From assembly GCA_016871175.1 (NCBI GenBank), contig VFZL01000014.1, positions 25,032 through 89,031 on the forward strand: a stretch of 64,000 nt of DNA. Reading direction: 5' to 3'. Below the pieces are notes generated by a model. The model was not told the origin of the DNA and did not search any database. It saw only the letters and a program-made list of their open reading frames with translations. Shown here in pieces: positions 19,310 to 28,761 of this stretch. The first letter of the stretch is position 1; each line of letters opens with the position of its first letter. This DNA comes from Acidimicrobiia bacterium (lineage in GTDB: Bacteria; Acidobacteriota; Vicinamibacteria; Vicinamibacterales; CAVVIG01). The position numbers and the translations under genes are program-made.

Positions 19310-20545
19310 TCAATTCACTGTCCACAGCGCGAGCGACGACACGTCTCGCACGAAGATACGATTACCCGCGATCGCGGGCTGGCCCCATGTCTCGCTGGTC
19401 GCGACCGTGTAGCGCTTGACGGGCTCGAACCCGGTCGCGCTGGCGCGCAGGACGACGAGCTCCCCGTCCTCCTCGAGCGAGAAGATCGTCCTGCCAGCCC
19501 GCACCAGGGCCGCGTGCTCGGCCTGGCGAGGCTCGCTCTTCCAGAGCACCTTGCCGGTATCGAGATCGAGCGCGAAGTACTCGCCCCGGTTCAGGTGCGA
19601 GAGGCCGAACAGGACGTGGTCCAGGATGACGCAGTCGCTCAGATGCACCGACACCTCGTCGGTGTGCCACACATCCCTCGTCGCCCAGCGCTCGCCGTCG
19701 CGGACGACGTGGAATGCCGTGAAGCCATTGTTGCGCCCGCTCTCGATGACCAGATCCTTGTACAGCAGTGGCGTCTGGCTCGTCGTCGTGCTCGCCGTGG
19801 TATAGGGTCGCTGCCACAGGAGCCTCCCGGTCTCCAGCGAGACGCCCACGAACGACTTCTGTGTAAAAGTCGCCACCTGGCGCGTGCCGCCAAGGTCGAG
19901 TGTCAGCGGTGATCCGTACGCCGGACCGTCGCCACTCCAGCTCCACCGGACGTCGCCGGTCATGGCGGCAAAGGCGGTGAGGGCTCCCCGGTCGTGCCCG
20001 CCAACGTGGAGAATGACGAGGTTGCCGTCGACGAGCGGCGACATCGCGGTGTGATAGAGCGGTTCCACCGGAGGCGCCGGCTTCTGCCACAGGATCTTTC
20101 CACTTCTGGCCTCGAACGCCGAGACGATGCCGGAGATGCCGAGGGTGAAGAGCCGACCGTTGGCCAGCGTCGGCGTGGACTTCGGCCCGGGACCGTGACG
20201 CTTGGTCCCCGGGTTCATCTTGAAGCTGGCCGGATACGGCGTCCGCCAGAGGGTCTTCCCGGATGCGGCGTCGAGGGCGCGCATGACCTCATCCTCGCCC
20301 TCGCGGCTGAAGACGTAGACGCGCTCGCCGGCGACGATTGGCGTCGCATAGCCGGCGCCCACCTCGACCTTCCAGTGCTCGCCGAGCCTGTCAGGCCACG
20401 TCTGCGGCTCTTGGAACGATGGCACGACGCCGTCACGGCCAGGTCCGCGCCACTGTGGCCACTCCTGACCGCCCGCCACTGCGACCGTCATCGCCGTAAC
20501 CACCAACACCGCGCCGCACGACTGCGTTCGTGTCTTGCTCATCAT
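19310..20545 (-). CDS. PQQ-like beta-propeller repeat protein (BamB-like fold)
   Basis: 411 aa. QEWPQWRGPGRDGVV and recurrent G..LW motifs are typical of the outer-membrane-assembly/PQQ-like repeat family. Confidence 0.8.
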   Translation of the reverse strand: MMSKTRTQSCGAVLVVTAMTVAVAGGQEWPQWRGPGRDGVVPSFQEPQTWPDRLGEHWKVEVGAGYATPIVAGERVYVFSREGEDEVMRALDAASGKTLWRTPYPASFKMNPGTKRHGPGPKSTPTLANGRLFTLGISGIVSAFEARSGKILWQKPAPPVEPLYHTAMSPLVDGNLVILHVGGHDRGALTAFAAMTGDVRWSWSGDGPAYGSPLTLDLGGTRQVATFTQKSFVGVSLETGRLLWQRPYTTASTTTSQTPLLYKDLVIESGRNNGFTAFHVVRDGERWATRDVWHTDEVSVHLSDCVILDHVLFGLSHLNRGEYFALDLDTGKVLWKSEPRQAEHAALVRAGRTIFSLEEDGELVVLRASATGFEPVKRYTVATSETWGQPAIAGNRIFVRDVSSLALWTVN

Positions 20546-20666
20546 CTTCTCCAGAACGTCCTGCCCGCTTTCTCACTCACGGTGCTGCGCTCGCGTCGCC
20601 ATCTCGCGACGACCCATGGCTTGAGGGTGAATTGTCGCCTGAGAATGGTATCTCCCAGACGTCGGA

Positions 20667-21622
20667 TCATGGTTCGACGATCTCGAACGAGCTCAGGATC
20701 CGCTCCACTTCCCGGCTGACATCGTCCCTGGGCCAAGAGCGAACGCTGAGCGTAACGAGTGCGTCACCGGCGACGGCCAGGACCATCGTGAGCGTCTGCG
20801 GCTCCGCCGGGCTCGCGACCTCCGTCAAACCATCCAGCCGCACCGCATGCGGAGATCCTCTCACGACGATCGATCGCGGCGACACGGCATCGCGAAACAG
20901 GGTGGCGCGCGCCCGCACCGAGTCCCGTAGCGACCGCAGGCCGAGCGGCGTGACGTTGAACGCGATGACCGTGTGCGCATCGCCGCACAGGTAACCACCG
21001 AACGTTTCGGCGCGGCGCGATTCCTGGGGGATGGCGCGCATACCGCTGCCCGTGAGGGTCTCGGGCACCGACAGCCGATACACGTCGCGGACGACGATGC
21101 GATGGCCCACGGGTGCGGCGCGTAAGGCGGCGATCTCCTGCGCGGTCGGACGCGATCGCGGGCCGGGGAGCCACCATTCTTCGAGGGCCTGCTGCGCGTC
21201 GGTCTGATGGTGCGGCGACGCGTCGCCCAAGGCGACTTGCTCCAGAAAGACCTCACCACGCTTTCCTGATCGACGTTGAGGGTCGCCAGCCGCGGCGGGT
21301 ATCGGCCCAGAGGACGTAGCGATCGCACCAGCGCCTCGGTGACCATCGCCGGATCGCTGGGATGCCTCAACGCGTAGTCAATCAGGCGGGGCAGGTAGTG
21401 TCGCCACGAACCGGCATCGAGATACGTGATCCCCCAGAAGGCGAATCCTTCCAGGTACGCGTCCGTGGGATCGTCCGCGACGGGATCAAACGGCAGTGGC
21501 TGGTCGTAGCCGTCCACCGCGTGGGCTCCGCGCAGGGTCAGGGGCAGAGAAGCCATCGCCTCGGCTCGAAACACCTCCCATGCGCGATCGACAAGGGCTG
21601 TAGCACTCATGCCACTCACCAT
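20667..21622 (-). pseudogene. conserved hypothetical protein, frameshifted (two overlapping ORFs)
   Basis: ORF 20861..21622 is protein-like up to ...RLATLNVDQESVVRSF, then turns Arg/Pro-rich. ORF 20667..21230 in another frame continues plausibly as (F)LEQVALGDASPHHQTDAQQALEEWW...SFEIVEP*. The frame switch is near 21235-21250. The N-terminal part (AYLEGFAFWGITYLDAGSWRHYLPRLIDYAL) resembles small DUF-type immunity-like proteins, a weak call. Confidence 0.55.
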
Positions 21623-21706
21623 GAGGAGTCTTGATGTTATCGCGGGTCTGGGCTCGGACCCTGGTTCGGCTGGTCCTGTGTGACGTCGCCGGTGACCTCG
21701 TACGGA

Positions 21707-23185
21707 TCACCACCACCCGAGGGCCTTCCACCACAGCGCGCCCACGGTGAGCCAGACCGCGGTATTCAGCGTCGCGGCGAGAAATCCGTCGCGCCACCAC
21801 ATACCGGGAGTCGTGTAGCCGGCGCCATAGTAGATGGGCGACGTGGTCGTGCCGTAATGGGTCAGCGCCGCACCCAGAGACGAGACGTAGCTCATCGCGA
21901 AGACGGCCAGATGCGGCGGCGTGCCGGCGGCCAGGATGACGAGGAGGACGGCCGCGTACAGCGCCGAGACTCGCGCCGTGATGGTGGCAAACGCGTAGTG
22001 CGTGTAGAGGTAGGCGAACAGCAGCACCACGAGTACCAGCGGCCAGCTCACGCCCGTCAGGAGCTGGCCCGCCGTACGCGCGAGCGCCGACGTGAGGCCT
22101 GCGTCTCCCAGCGCCCGCGCCATCTGGAAGATGGCACCGTACCAGACGAAAGTGTCCCACCCACTCCGCTCGGCGAGCACATCGTCCCAGGTGAGGACGC
22201 CCCCAAGGAGGAGGGCGGCGAGACCCGTCAGCGCGGTGATGGCGTAGTCGATGTGGTGCCAGCTCGTGGTGAGCCACAGGACAGTCACCAGCGCAAAGAC
22301 GCTCAGCATGACCTTTTCGGCGCGCGCCATCGGGCCGAGTGCCTCGAGCTGTGCCCGGCCGAATTCTGCGGCGCCAGGCGTGCGCGTGACCTCCGGTGGC
22401 CGCCGGTAGTAGAAGAAGAGCGGCAGGACGATCACCGATGCGAGCGCCGGCGCCAATGCTCCGAGCGCCCACAGGCCGTAGCGGAGGTCGATGCCCGCGA
22501 CTTGTAGTGCGAGGGACGCGATGAGCGGGTTCGACGCGTTGCCGGTGAGAAAGAGCGCCGACACCGTGATGTCGCAGTGATACACCATGAGTGTGAGGAA
22601 GGTGCCGAGTCGGGTCGCCGTGGAACCCGGCCGAGAGTCGTAGGCTTCAGCTAGGCTTTTCACCACCGGGAATACGATGCCGCCCGCCCGTGCGCCGTTG
22701 GAGGGGATCACCATGCCCAGGACGGCGTCGCTCGCGACGAGCGCATAGCCCAGGCCGACGGAAGTGTGGCCCATGGCGCGGATGAAGATGAACGCGATGC
22801 GCCGGCCGAGGCCCGTCTTGATCATCCCTCGGGAGATGCAGAACGCGGCGAGCACCATCCACACGAGCGGCTCCGCGTAGCCGCCGAGGGCCTGCCCGGG
22901 GCTGAGCGCGCCCGAGAGCGCGGCCGCGGCCAGCCCCAGAAGGGCCATGGCGCCAAGGGGCAGCGGCTGCGACATGAGACCGGCAATGGTCGCGGCGAAG
23001 ATGGCCAGCAGCCGCCAGCCCTGCACTGTGATGCCTGCGGGAATCGGCAGGAGCAGAATGAGTGCCGGAGCCAACACCACGGGCAGCCAGCGAATGCCCG
23101 CGCGAGGGGAGTCCCGCGTGGAGACCGCCGGACGGGACGCCGCGGCCGTCGTGATAGAGTCGCCCGGCGGAGCTCCCGTGGACAT
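21707..23185 (-). CDS. DASS/SLC13 family anion (di/tricarboxylate) transporter
   Basis: Multi-TM with MIPSNGARAGGIVFPV and LFLTGNASNPL hairpin-type motifs. ATG 23185 is preferred but uncertain; a later GTG (about 23088) is possible. Confidence 0.85.
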   Translation of the reverse strand: MSTGAPPGDSITTAAASRPAVSTRDSPRAGIRWLPVVLAPALILLLPIPAGITVQGWRLLAIFAATIAGLMSQPLPLGAMALLGLAAAALSGALSPGQALGGYAEPLVWMVLAAFCISRGMIKTGLGRRIAFIFIRAMGHTSVGLGYALVASDAVLGMVIPSNGARAGGIVFPVVKSLAEAYDSRPGSTATRLGTFLTLMVYHCDITVSALFLTGNASNPLIASLALQVAGIDLRYGLWALGALAPALASVIVLPLFFYYRRPPEVTRTPGAAEFGRAQLEALGPMARAEKVMLSVFALVTVLWLTTSWHHIDYAITALTGLAALLLGGVLTWDDVLAERSGWDTFVWYGAIFQMARALGDAGLTSALARTAGQLLTGVSWPLVLVVLLFAYLYTHYAFATITARVSALYAAVLLVILAAGTPPHLAVFAMSYVSSLGAALTHYGTTTSPIYYGAGYTTPGMWWRDGFLAATLNTAVWLTVGALWWKALGWW

Positions 23186-24077
23186 CGACGAGTTGGGCAA
23201 GTGGATTGGCCGGAGCGAATCATACACGGATCGAGTCACGCCAACGCCGGTGGCCGCGCTCGCGGCCACGCTCGATCGCGACGATCCGCTACCGGCCCTG
23301 GGCGACCCACTGCCACCGCTCTGGCACTGGCTGTACTTCCTCCCGCTCCATCCCGCGCGCGACATCGGGCCCGATGGCCACGCGAAGCGCGGCGGGTTTC
23401 TCCCACCAGTGCCACTGCCGCGACGGATGTTCGCAGGCGGCCGCTACAGGTTCGATCGGCCGTTGCGCGTGGGCGACGCGATCACGCGGGTCTCGCGCAT
23501 CGTCGACGTCCGCGCAAAGGACGGCCGCAGCGGTCCCCTTGTCTTCGTCATCGTGCGCCACGAGGTCTCGAGCGAGGGCGAGCTGGCCCTCGTCGAAGAG
23601 CATGACATCGTCTACCGCGATCACGCGCGACTGGAGACCGTGGCCGGGCCAGCTGGTGCGCGTGCTTCCGCACAGGCAGCACGCGCCGTGGCCACGGACA
23701 CACCGGCGCGAACAGCCGAAGACGCCGCTGCGTGGCGCGAGCGGGTGTGCGCCGACGATGTGCTGCTCTTCCGGTATTCGGCCCTCACCTTCAACGGGCA
23801 CCGCATCCACTACGACCGCCGCTACGCGACCGAGGTCGAGGGCTATCCCGGGCTCGTCGTCCATGGGCCGCTCATCGCCACCCTTCTCGTCGATCTCCTG
23901 CGGCGGCGGATGCCGGGTGTGGACATCGCCGAGTTCTCTTTCCGGGCCGTGAGCCCGCTGTTCGATGTGGAGCCATTCTTCCTCTGCGGTGAGCCCAGGA
24001 ACGCGACCGGCGTGCGCCTCTGGGCCACCGATGCGGCAGGGAGACTGGCCATGGACGCATCAGCCACGCTCCGATGA
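23178..24077 (+). CDS. MaoC/HTD2-like acyl-CoA hydratase (itaconyl-/mesaconyl-CoA hydratase-like)
   Basis: VDIDELGKWIGRSESYTDRVTPTPVAALAATLD...PLWHWLYFLP...FRYSALTFNGHRIHYDRRYATEVEGYPGLVVHGPL. Start GTG 23178 (alternative GTG 23151). The stop overlaps the next gene's ATG (ATGA at 24074). Confidence 0.75.
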   Translation: MDIDELGKWIGRSESYTDRVTPTPVAALAATLDRDDPLPALGDPLPPLWHWLYFLPLHPARDIGPDGHAKRGGFLPPVPLPRRMFAGGRYRFDRPLRVGDAITRVSRIVDVRAKDGRSGPLVFVIVRHEVSSEGELALVEEHDIVYRDHARLETVAGPAGARASAQAARAVATDTPARTAEDAAAWRERVCADDVLLFRYSALTFNGHRIHYDRRYATEVEGYPGLVVHGPLIATLLVDLLRRRMPGVDIAEFSFRAVSPLFDVEPFFLCGEPRNATGVRLWATDAAGRLAMDASATLR

Positions 24078-25255
24078 CGACAGGCGTGAGAGCGAGCAGG
24101 AAAGACGGGCAGGGCCACGAAGAGATTCGCGCGGCCGTGAGCGACCTCTGCAGCCGATTTTCACCTGAGTACTTTCGGCGGGTCGACGAGTCACGCGGGT
24201 ATCCGGAGGAGTTCGTCGATGCGCTCACCAGAGCGGGCTGGCTCTCGGCGCTCATTCCAGAGGAATACGGCGGGGCGGGCCTCGGGCTCACCGAGGCGTC
24301 AGTGATCATGGAGGAGATCAACCGGTCGGGCGCCAACTCGGGAGCGTGCCACGGGCAGATGTACAACATGGGCACCCTCGTGCGTCACGGCTCAGAGGCG
24401 CAGAAACGCGAGCTGCTGCCGAAGATAGCCAGCGGCGAGCTCCGCCTGCAGTCGATGGGTGTGACCGAACCCACGACCGGCACTGACACCACGAAGATCG
24501 TGACGACCGCCGTCCGCAACGGCGACCGCTATGTGATCCGAGGACAGAAGGCGTGGATCTCGCGCATCCAGCACTCGGACCTGATGATTCTCCTCGCGCG
24601 CACCACGCCACTCGATCAGGTCAGGAAGAAGTCGGAGGGCCTGTCGATTCTTCTTGTGGATCTCCGGACGTCCATCGGCCGGGGCCTGACGGTGAAGCCC
24701 ATTGCCAACATGGTGAACCACGAGACCAACGAGCTGTTCTTCGACGATCTCGAGGTCCCGGCCGAGAACCTGATCGGCGAGGAAGGCAAGGGCTTCCGTT
24801 ACATTCTCGATGGCCTCAACGCCGAGCGTGCGCTCATTGCGGCCGAATGCATCGGTGACGGCTACTGGTTCATCGACAAGGTGACCCGATACGCGAGCGA
24901 GCGCGTCGTCTTCGGGCGGCCCATCGGCCAGAACCAGGGCGTACAGTTTCCCATTGCCAGGGCCTATGTGAACACGCGCGCCGCCGACCTTATGCGATAC
25001 CAGGCGTGTGCGCTCTTCGACGAGGGGCGGCCGTGCGGCGCCGAGGCCAACATGGCCCTGATGCTGGCCGCGGCCGCCTCGTGGGAGGCCGCGAATGCCT
25101 GCCTGCAGTTCCACGGCGGCTACGGGTTCGCGACCGAGTACGACATCGAGCGCAAGTTCCGCGAGACCCGGCTCTATCAGGTCGCCCCCATCTCGACCAA
25201 TCTCATCCTGTCCTACGTGGCCGAGCACGTCCTCCGGCTCCCGCGCTCGTTCTGA
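24074..25255 (+). CDS. acyl-CoA dehydrogenase
   Basis: 393 aa with typical ACAD blocks (GVTEPTTGTDTTKI, QKAWISR, LQFHGGYGFATEYDIERKFRETRLYQVAPISTN). Confidence 0.9.
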   Translation: MTTGVRASRKDGQGHEEIRAAVSDLCSRFSPEYFRRVDESRGYPEEFVDALTRAGWLSALIPEEYGGAGLGLTEASVIMEEINRSGANSGACHGQMYNMGTLVRHGSEAQKRELLPKIASGELRLQSMGVTEPTTGTDTTKIVTTAVRNGDRYVIRGQKAWISRIQHSDLMILLARTTPLDQVRKKSEGLSILLVDLRTSIGRGLTVKPIANMVNHETNELFFDDLEVPAENLIGEEGKGFRYILDGLNAERALIAAECIGDGYWFIDKVTRYASERVVFGRPIGQNQGVQFPIARAYVNTRAADLMRYQACALFDEGRPCGAEANMALMLAAAASWEAANACLQFHGGYGFATEYDIERKFRETRLYQVAPISTNLILSYVAEHVLRLPRSF

Positions 25256-25267
25256 GACCTCTCCGCC

Positions 25268-26074
25268 ATGCCGCCCCCCGTCCCGCGCTCCTACCTCTTC
25301 GTACCCGGTCATCGGCCGGATCGATTCGACAAGGCCGCGGCCTCCGGAGCCGACGCGGTGATCCTGGACCTCGAGGATGCGGTGGCGCCGGATGACAAGG
25401 GCGCCGCCCGCGAGCACGTGGCCCGGTGGCTGTCGGCCGAGCGAGCCGTGATCGTGCGAGTCAACGCTTACGGCACGCCGTGGTTCCAGGAGGACGTCCG
25501 CGTGTGCCGGCGTCCGGGGATCCGAGGTGTGATGCTGCCCAAGGCGGAGCGGCCAGAGCAGCTCGAGGCCGTCCGGGCGGCCGTAGGCGCCGCGACACCG
25601 CTCCTGCCCATCGTCGAGACCGCCTCGGGACTGTGGCAGGCGGAGCCGCTGGCGCGCGCGCCAGGCGTGGCGCGCCTCGTCTTTGGCGCACTCGACCTGG
25701 GCCTCGACCTGAGAGTGTCATCGGAAGAGGGGCTCGTTCCCTTTCGAGTGCAGGTGGTGCTCGTCTCGCGCGTGGCCGGTCTTCCGCCTCCGGTCGATGC
25801 GCCCACGACGTCGTTCACGGACCTCGACCGCGTGCGCGAAGAAGCGCTTCGCGCCCGCCGGCTCGGCTTCGGCGGGAAGCTTTGCATCCATCCGGCGCAG
25901 ATCTCGCCCGTGCACGCCGCCTTCGCGCCGACCGAGGAAGAAGTGGTGTGGGCGCGGCGCGTGCTCGCGGCTGAGGCCGCGGCGTCCGGCGGCGCCACGT
26001 CGCTCGATGGTCAGATGGTGGATCGGCCGGTGGCGGAGCGCGCGCGAGCCATCCTCGCCGCCCTCGATTCTTGA
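25268..26074 (+). CDS. HpcH/HpaI-CitE family acyl-CoA lyase (citramalyl-/malyl-CoA lyase-like)
   Basis: SYLFVPGHRPDRFDKAAASGADAVILDLEDAVAP...GFGGKLCIHPAQI is a CitE-like signature. Confidence 0.85.
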   Translation: MPPPVPRSYLFVPGHRPDRFDKAAASGADAVILDLEDAVAPDDKGAAREHVARWLSAERAVIVRVNAYGTPWFQEDVRVCRRPGIRGVMLPKAERPEQLEAVRAAVGAATPLLPIVETASGLWQAEPLARAPGVARLVFGALDLGLDLRVSSEEGLVPFRVQVVLVSRVAGLPPPVDAPTTSFTDLDRVREEALRARRLGFGGKLCIHPAQISPVHAAFAPTEEEVVWARRVLAAEAAASGGATSLDGQMVDRPVAERARAILAALDS

Positions 26075-26127
26075 GGCGCGACGATTGTCACCCGGGCGGC
26101 GCGCGGATCTCGAGCCCGTGCCGCCCG

Positions 26128-26694
26128 TCAGCGCGCAGGGTCGCGGCGCCACCGGGCTCTGGCGGTCTCGTGATAGTTCCCGCCGTGTCGATCAATGATC
26201 ACGACGGCCGGGAAGTCGTGCACCTCGAACCGGAACTGCGCCTCCGGGCCGAGATCGGGGAACGCCACGACCTCGGCGCGCTGAACCTGTTTCCCGAGGA
26301 GCGCACCAAGACCGCCTATGGCCGCGAAGTAGACAGCGCCCGCTTTCTCGAACTCGCGCATGATCGGACCGTGAAGCTCGCCCTTGGCGATGATGCCGCG
26401 CACGCCCTGCTCGAAGAAGAACGGCAGGTAGGCGACAAACCGCTCGATGGTGGTCGGACCTGCTGAGCCCACGACCTGTCCAGGCCTGGCCGGGGACGGT
26501 CCGACCGCATAGAGCAGCCGCCCGCCGAGATGGACGGGCAGCGGTTGACCCGTTGCGGCCAGTTCGACCAGACGTTTCGCCGTGGCGTCACGAATCGTGA
26601 TGAGCTCACCGGAGAGGCTCACCGCGTCACCGGCCTTGAGCGCGTGGATCGCCGCGGGATCGACGGTTGGCCGGCATTCGAGTCCAATCACCAT
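26128..26694 (-). CDS. class I Fe-S hydro-lyase beta subunit (fumarate hydratase / tartrate dehydratase / mesaconase type)
   Basis: 188 aa with GRLLYAVGPSPARPGQVVGSAGPTT...GIIAKGE...AVYFAAIGG. Confidence 0.85.
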   Translation of the reverse strand: MVIGLECRPTVDPAAIHALKAGDAVSLSGELITIRDATAKRLVELAATGQPLPVHLGGRLLYAVGPSPARPGQVVGSAGPTTIERFVAYLPFFFEQGVRGIIAKGELHGPIMREFEKAGAVYFAAIGGLGALLGKQVQRAEVVAFPDLGPEAQFRFEVHDFPAVVIIDRHGGNYHETARARWRRDPAR

Positions 26695-26697
26695 CGT

Positions 26698-27540
26698 TCA
26701 CAGCTCGGTCGACACGCGCCGGTTGGAGTGACACCCGATGTTGACGGCCACGGGCAAGCCCGCGATGTGGGTCGGGTAGAGCTCGACGTTCACGGCCAAA
26801 GCGGTCACGACGCCGCCGAGTCCCTGCGGCCCGATGCCGAGGCAGTTGATGCGGTCGAGGAGCTCGGCTTCGAGTGCGGCGGTCTCCGGGCGCTGGTGGC
26901 GACGATCGATCGGCCGAAGGACGGCTTTCTTGGCGAGCAGCGCGGCCTTTTCGAACGTGCCGCCGATGCCCACGCCGACGATGACGGGCGGACACGCGTT
27001 GGCACCGGCGTGCTCGATCACGTCGACGATGAAGTCCTTCACGGCAGCCGGCCCGTCAGCCGGCGCGAACATGCGAAGCGCGCTCATGTTCTCGGCGCCG
27101 AAGCCCTTCGACGCGAGCGTGAGGCGCACGCGATCGCCCTCGACGATCTCGTAGTGAATCACGCCGGGCGGGGCCCCCGCCGCGGTTCGGCGCGCGATGG
27201 GGTCGCCGACGACCGACACGCGCAGGTAGCCGTTCGACGTGCCGCGCCGGATGCCCTCGAAAATGGCCTGCTCGATCGAGCCTCCCGTCCAGTGCACCTC
27301 CTGCCCGGTTTCGAGGAGCACCACCGTGACGCCGCTGTCCTGGCACACGGGCAGCCGTTCGGCCGCCGCCACTTCGTAGTTGCGCACGAGGTGAGCCAAG
27401 GTCTGCCGACCGATCTCGGACTGTTCACTCTTGGCCGCCGCGCGCAGGGCTTCGAGAATGTCGGGCGGAATCTGGTAGTTGGCTTCGACGAGCAGGCGCG
27501 CCGTGGTGTCGCAGAGAACCCGCACGTCAAGGGTGCGCAT
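26698..27540 (-). CDS. class I Fe-S hydro-lyase alpha subunit (fumarate hydratase type)
   Basis: 280 aa with LPVCQDSGVTVVLLETG, CPPVIVGVGIGGT and NIGCH blocks. Confidence 0.9.
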   Translation of the reverse strand: MRTLDVRVLCDTTARLLVEANYQIPPDILEALRAAAKSEQSEIGRQTLAHLVRNYEVAAAERLPVCQDSGVTVVLLETGQEVHWTGGSIEQAIFEGIRRGTSNGYLRVSVVGDPIARRTAAGAPPGVIHYEIVEGDRVRLTLASKGFGAENMSALRMFAPADGPAAVKDFIVDVIEHAGANACPPVIVGVGIGGTFEKAALLAKKAVLRPIDRRHQRPETAALEAELLDRINCLGIGPQGLGGVVTALAVNVELYPTHIAGLPVAVNIGCHSNRRVSTEL

Positions 27541-27543
27541 ACT

Positions 27544-28731
27544 ATGTGTCCCATGCTACCCCTGAAAGGCGTCACCGTCGTGGCGCTCGAGCAGGCCGTG
27601 GCGGCGCCCTTTGCCACCCGACAGCTCGCCGACCTCGGCGCCCGCGTGATCAAGGTGGAACGTCCGGGCGCAGGCGACTTCGCTCGCGGGTACGACACGG
27701 CGGTTCGCGGGATGTCGAGCCACTTCGCCTGGCTCAACCGATCGAAGCAGTCGCTGACGCTCGACGTGAAGCACCCTGAAGCGCGCGAGGTGCTCCGCCA
27801 ACTGCTCGCGAGGAGCGATGTCTTCATTCACAACCTCGCGCCGGGCGCCGTGGATCGCCTCGGCTTGGCCGCCGCCGATCTCAGAGCGGCCCTCCCGCGG
27901 CTCATCATTTGCCGGGTGACCGGATACGGCGCCGACGGCCCGTATCGCGACCGCAAGGCGTACGACCTCCTCGTGCAGAGCGAAGCCGGTCTCTTGTCGA
28001 TCACCGGCACGGCCGAGACACCGTCGAAGGTGGGCATTTCGGTAGCCGACATTGCTGCGGGCATGTATGCCTACAGCGGCGTCCTCGCCGCGCTTATCTC
28101 GCGCGTCTCGACGGGTGAAGGCACCGTGCTCGACGTGTCGCTCTTCGACGCGCTCACCGAGTGGATGGGGTTTCCGCTCTACTACGCGCTCTACGGTGGA
28201 AGCGAACCGCCTCGCTCGGGGCCACGCCACGCCGCCATTGCTCCGTACGGGCCGTACGTGGCTGCGGACGGAAAGGCGGTGTTCCTGGCTGTTCAGAACG
28301 AGCGCGAGTGGGGGAGCTTCTGTCGAGCCGTGCTCGAGATGCCGGATCTCGTCGAAGACCCTCGATTCGCGACCAACGCCCGCCGTGTCGTGCATCGCAA
28401 TGCGCTCGAGGCCCTGCTCGACGAGCGCTTTCGTGCGATGTCCTCGGATGCGCTCGTGGCCAGGCTCGAGCGCGCGAGTATCGCCAATGGCCGCATGAAC
28501 AGCGTTCGCGAGTTGGCGCAGCACCCTCAGCTCGTCGAGCGGAGACGCTGGCAGGACATCGGCTCACCCGTCGGGCCCATCCGCGCGTTGCCGCCACCGG
28601 TCACGATGGCGGGCGTGACACCCGTGATGGAACCGATCCCGGCCGTCGGCGAGCATACCGATGCCATCCTGCGTGAGATCGGCATCGAGGAGCAGACGAT
28701 TGCGGCCTGGCGCGCGAGGGGCATCGTGTGA
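27544..28731 (+). CDS. family III (CaiB/BaiF) CoA-transferase
   Basis: MCPMLPLKGVTVVALEQAVAAPFATRQLADLGARVIKVERPGAGDFAR... Start at ATG 27544 or 27553. The long N-terminal extension of the 733-aa track ORF is antisense to the hydro-lyase genes. Confidence 0.9.
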   Translation: MCPMLPLKGVTVVALEQAVAAPFATRQLADLGARVIKVERPGAGDFARGYDTAVRGMSSHFAWLNRSKQSLTLDVKHPEAREVLRQLLARSDVFIHNLAPGAVDRLGLAAADLRAALPRLIICRVTGYGADGPYRDRKAYDLLVQSEAGLLSITGTAETPSKVGISVADIAAGMYAYSGVLAALISRVSTGEGTVLDVSLFDALTEWMGFPLYYALYGGSEPPRSGPRHAAIAPYGPYVAADGKAVFLAVQNEREWGSFCRAVLEMPDLVEDPRFATNARRVVHRNALEALLDERFRAMSSDALVARLERASIANGRMNSVRELAQHPQLVERRRWQDIGSPVGPIRALPPPVTMAGVTPVMEPIPAVGEHTDAILREIGIEEQTIAAWRARGIV

Positions 28732-28761
28732 CGCCGGTGGAGGTCACGAATCTGTCGCCGC

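Noticed and set aside
26530-27543. The N-terminal 338 codons of the 733-aa ORF 26530..28731
   Set aside because: They are antisense to the two hydro-lyase subunit genes. The CoA-transferase family N-terminus (PLKGVTVVALEQAVAAP) begins at 27544/27553.
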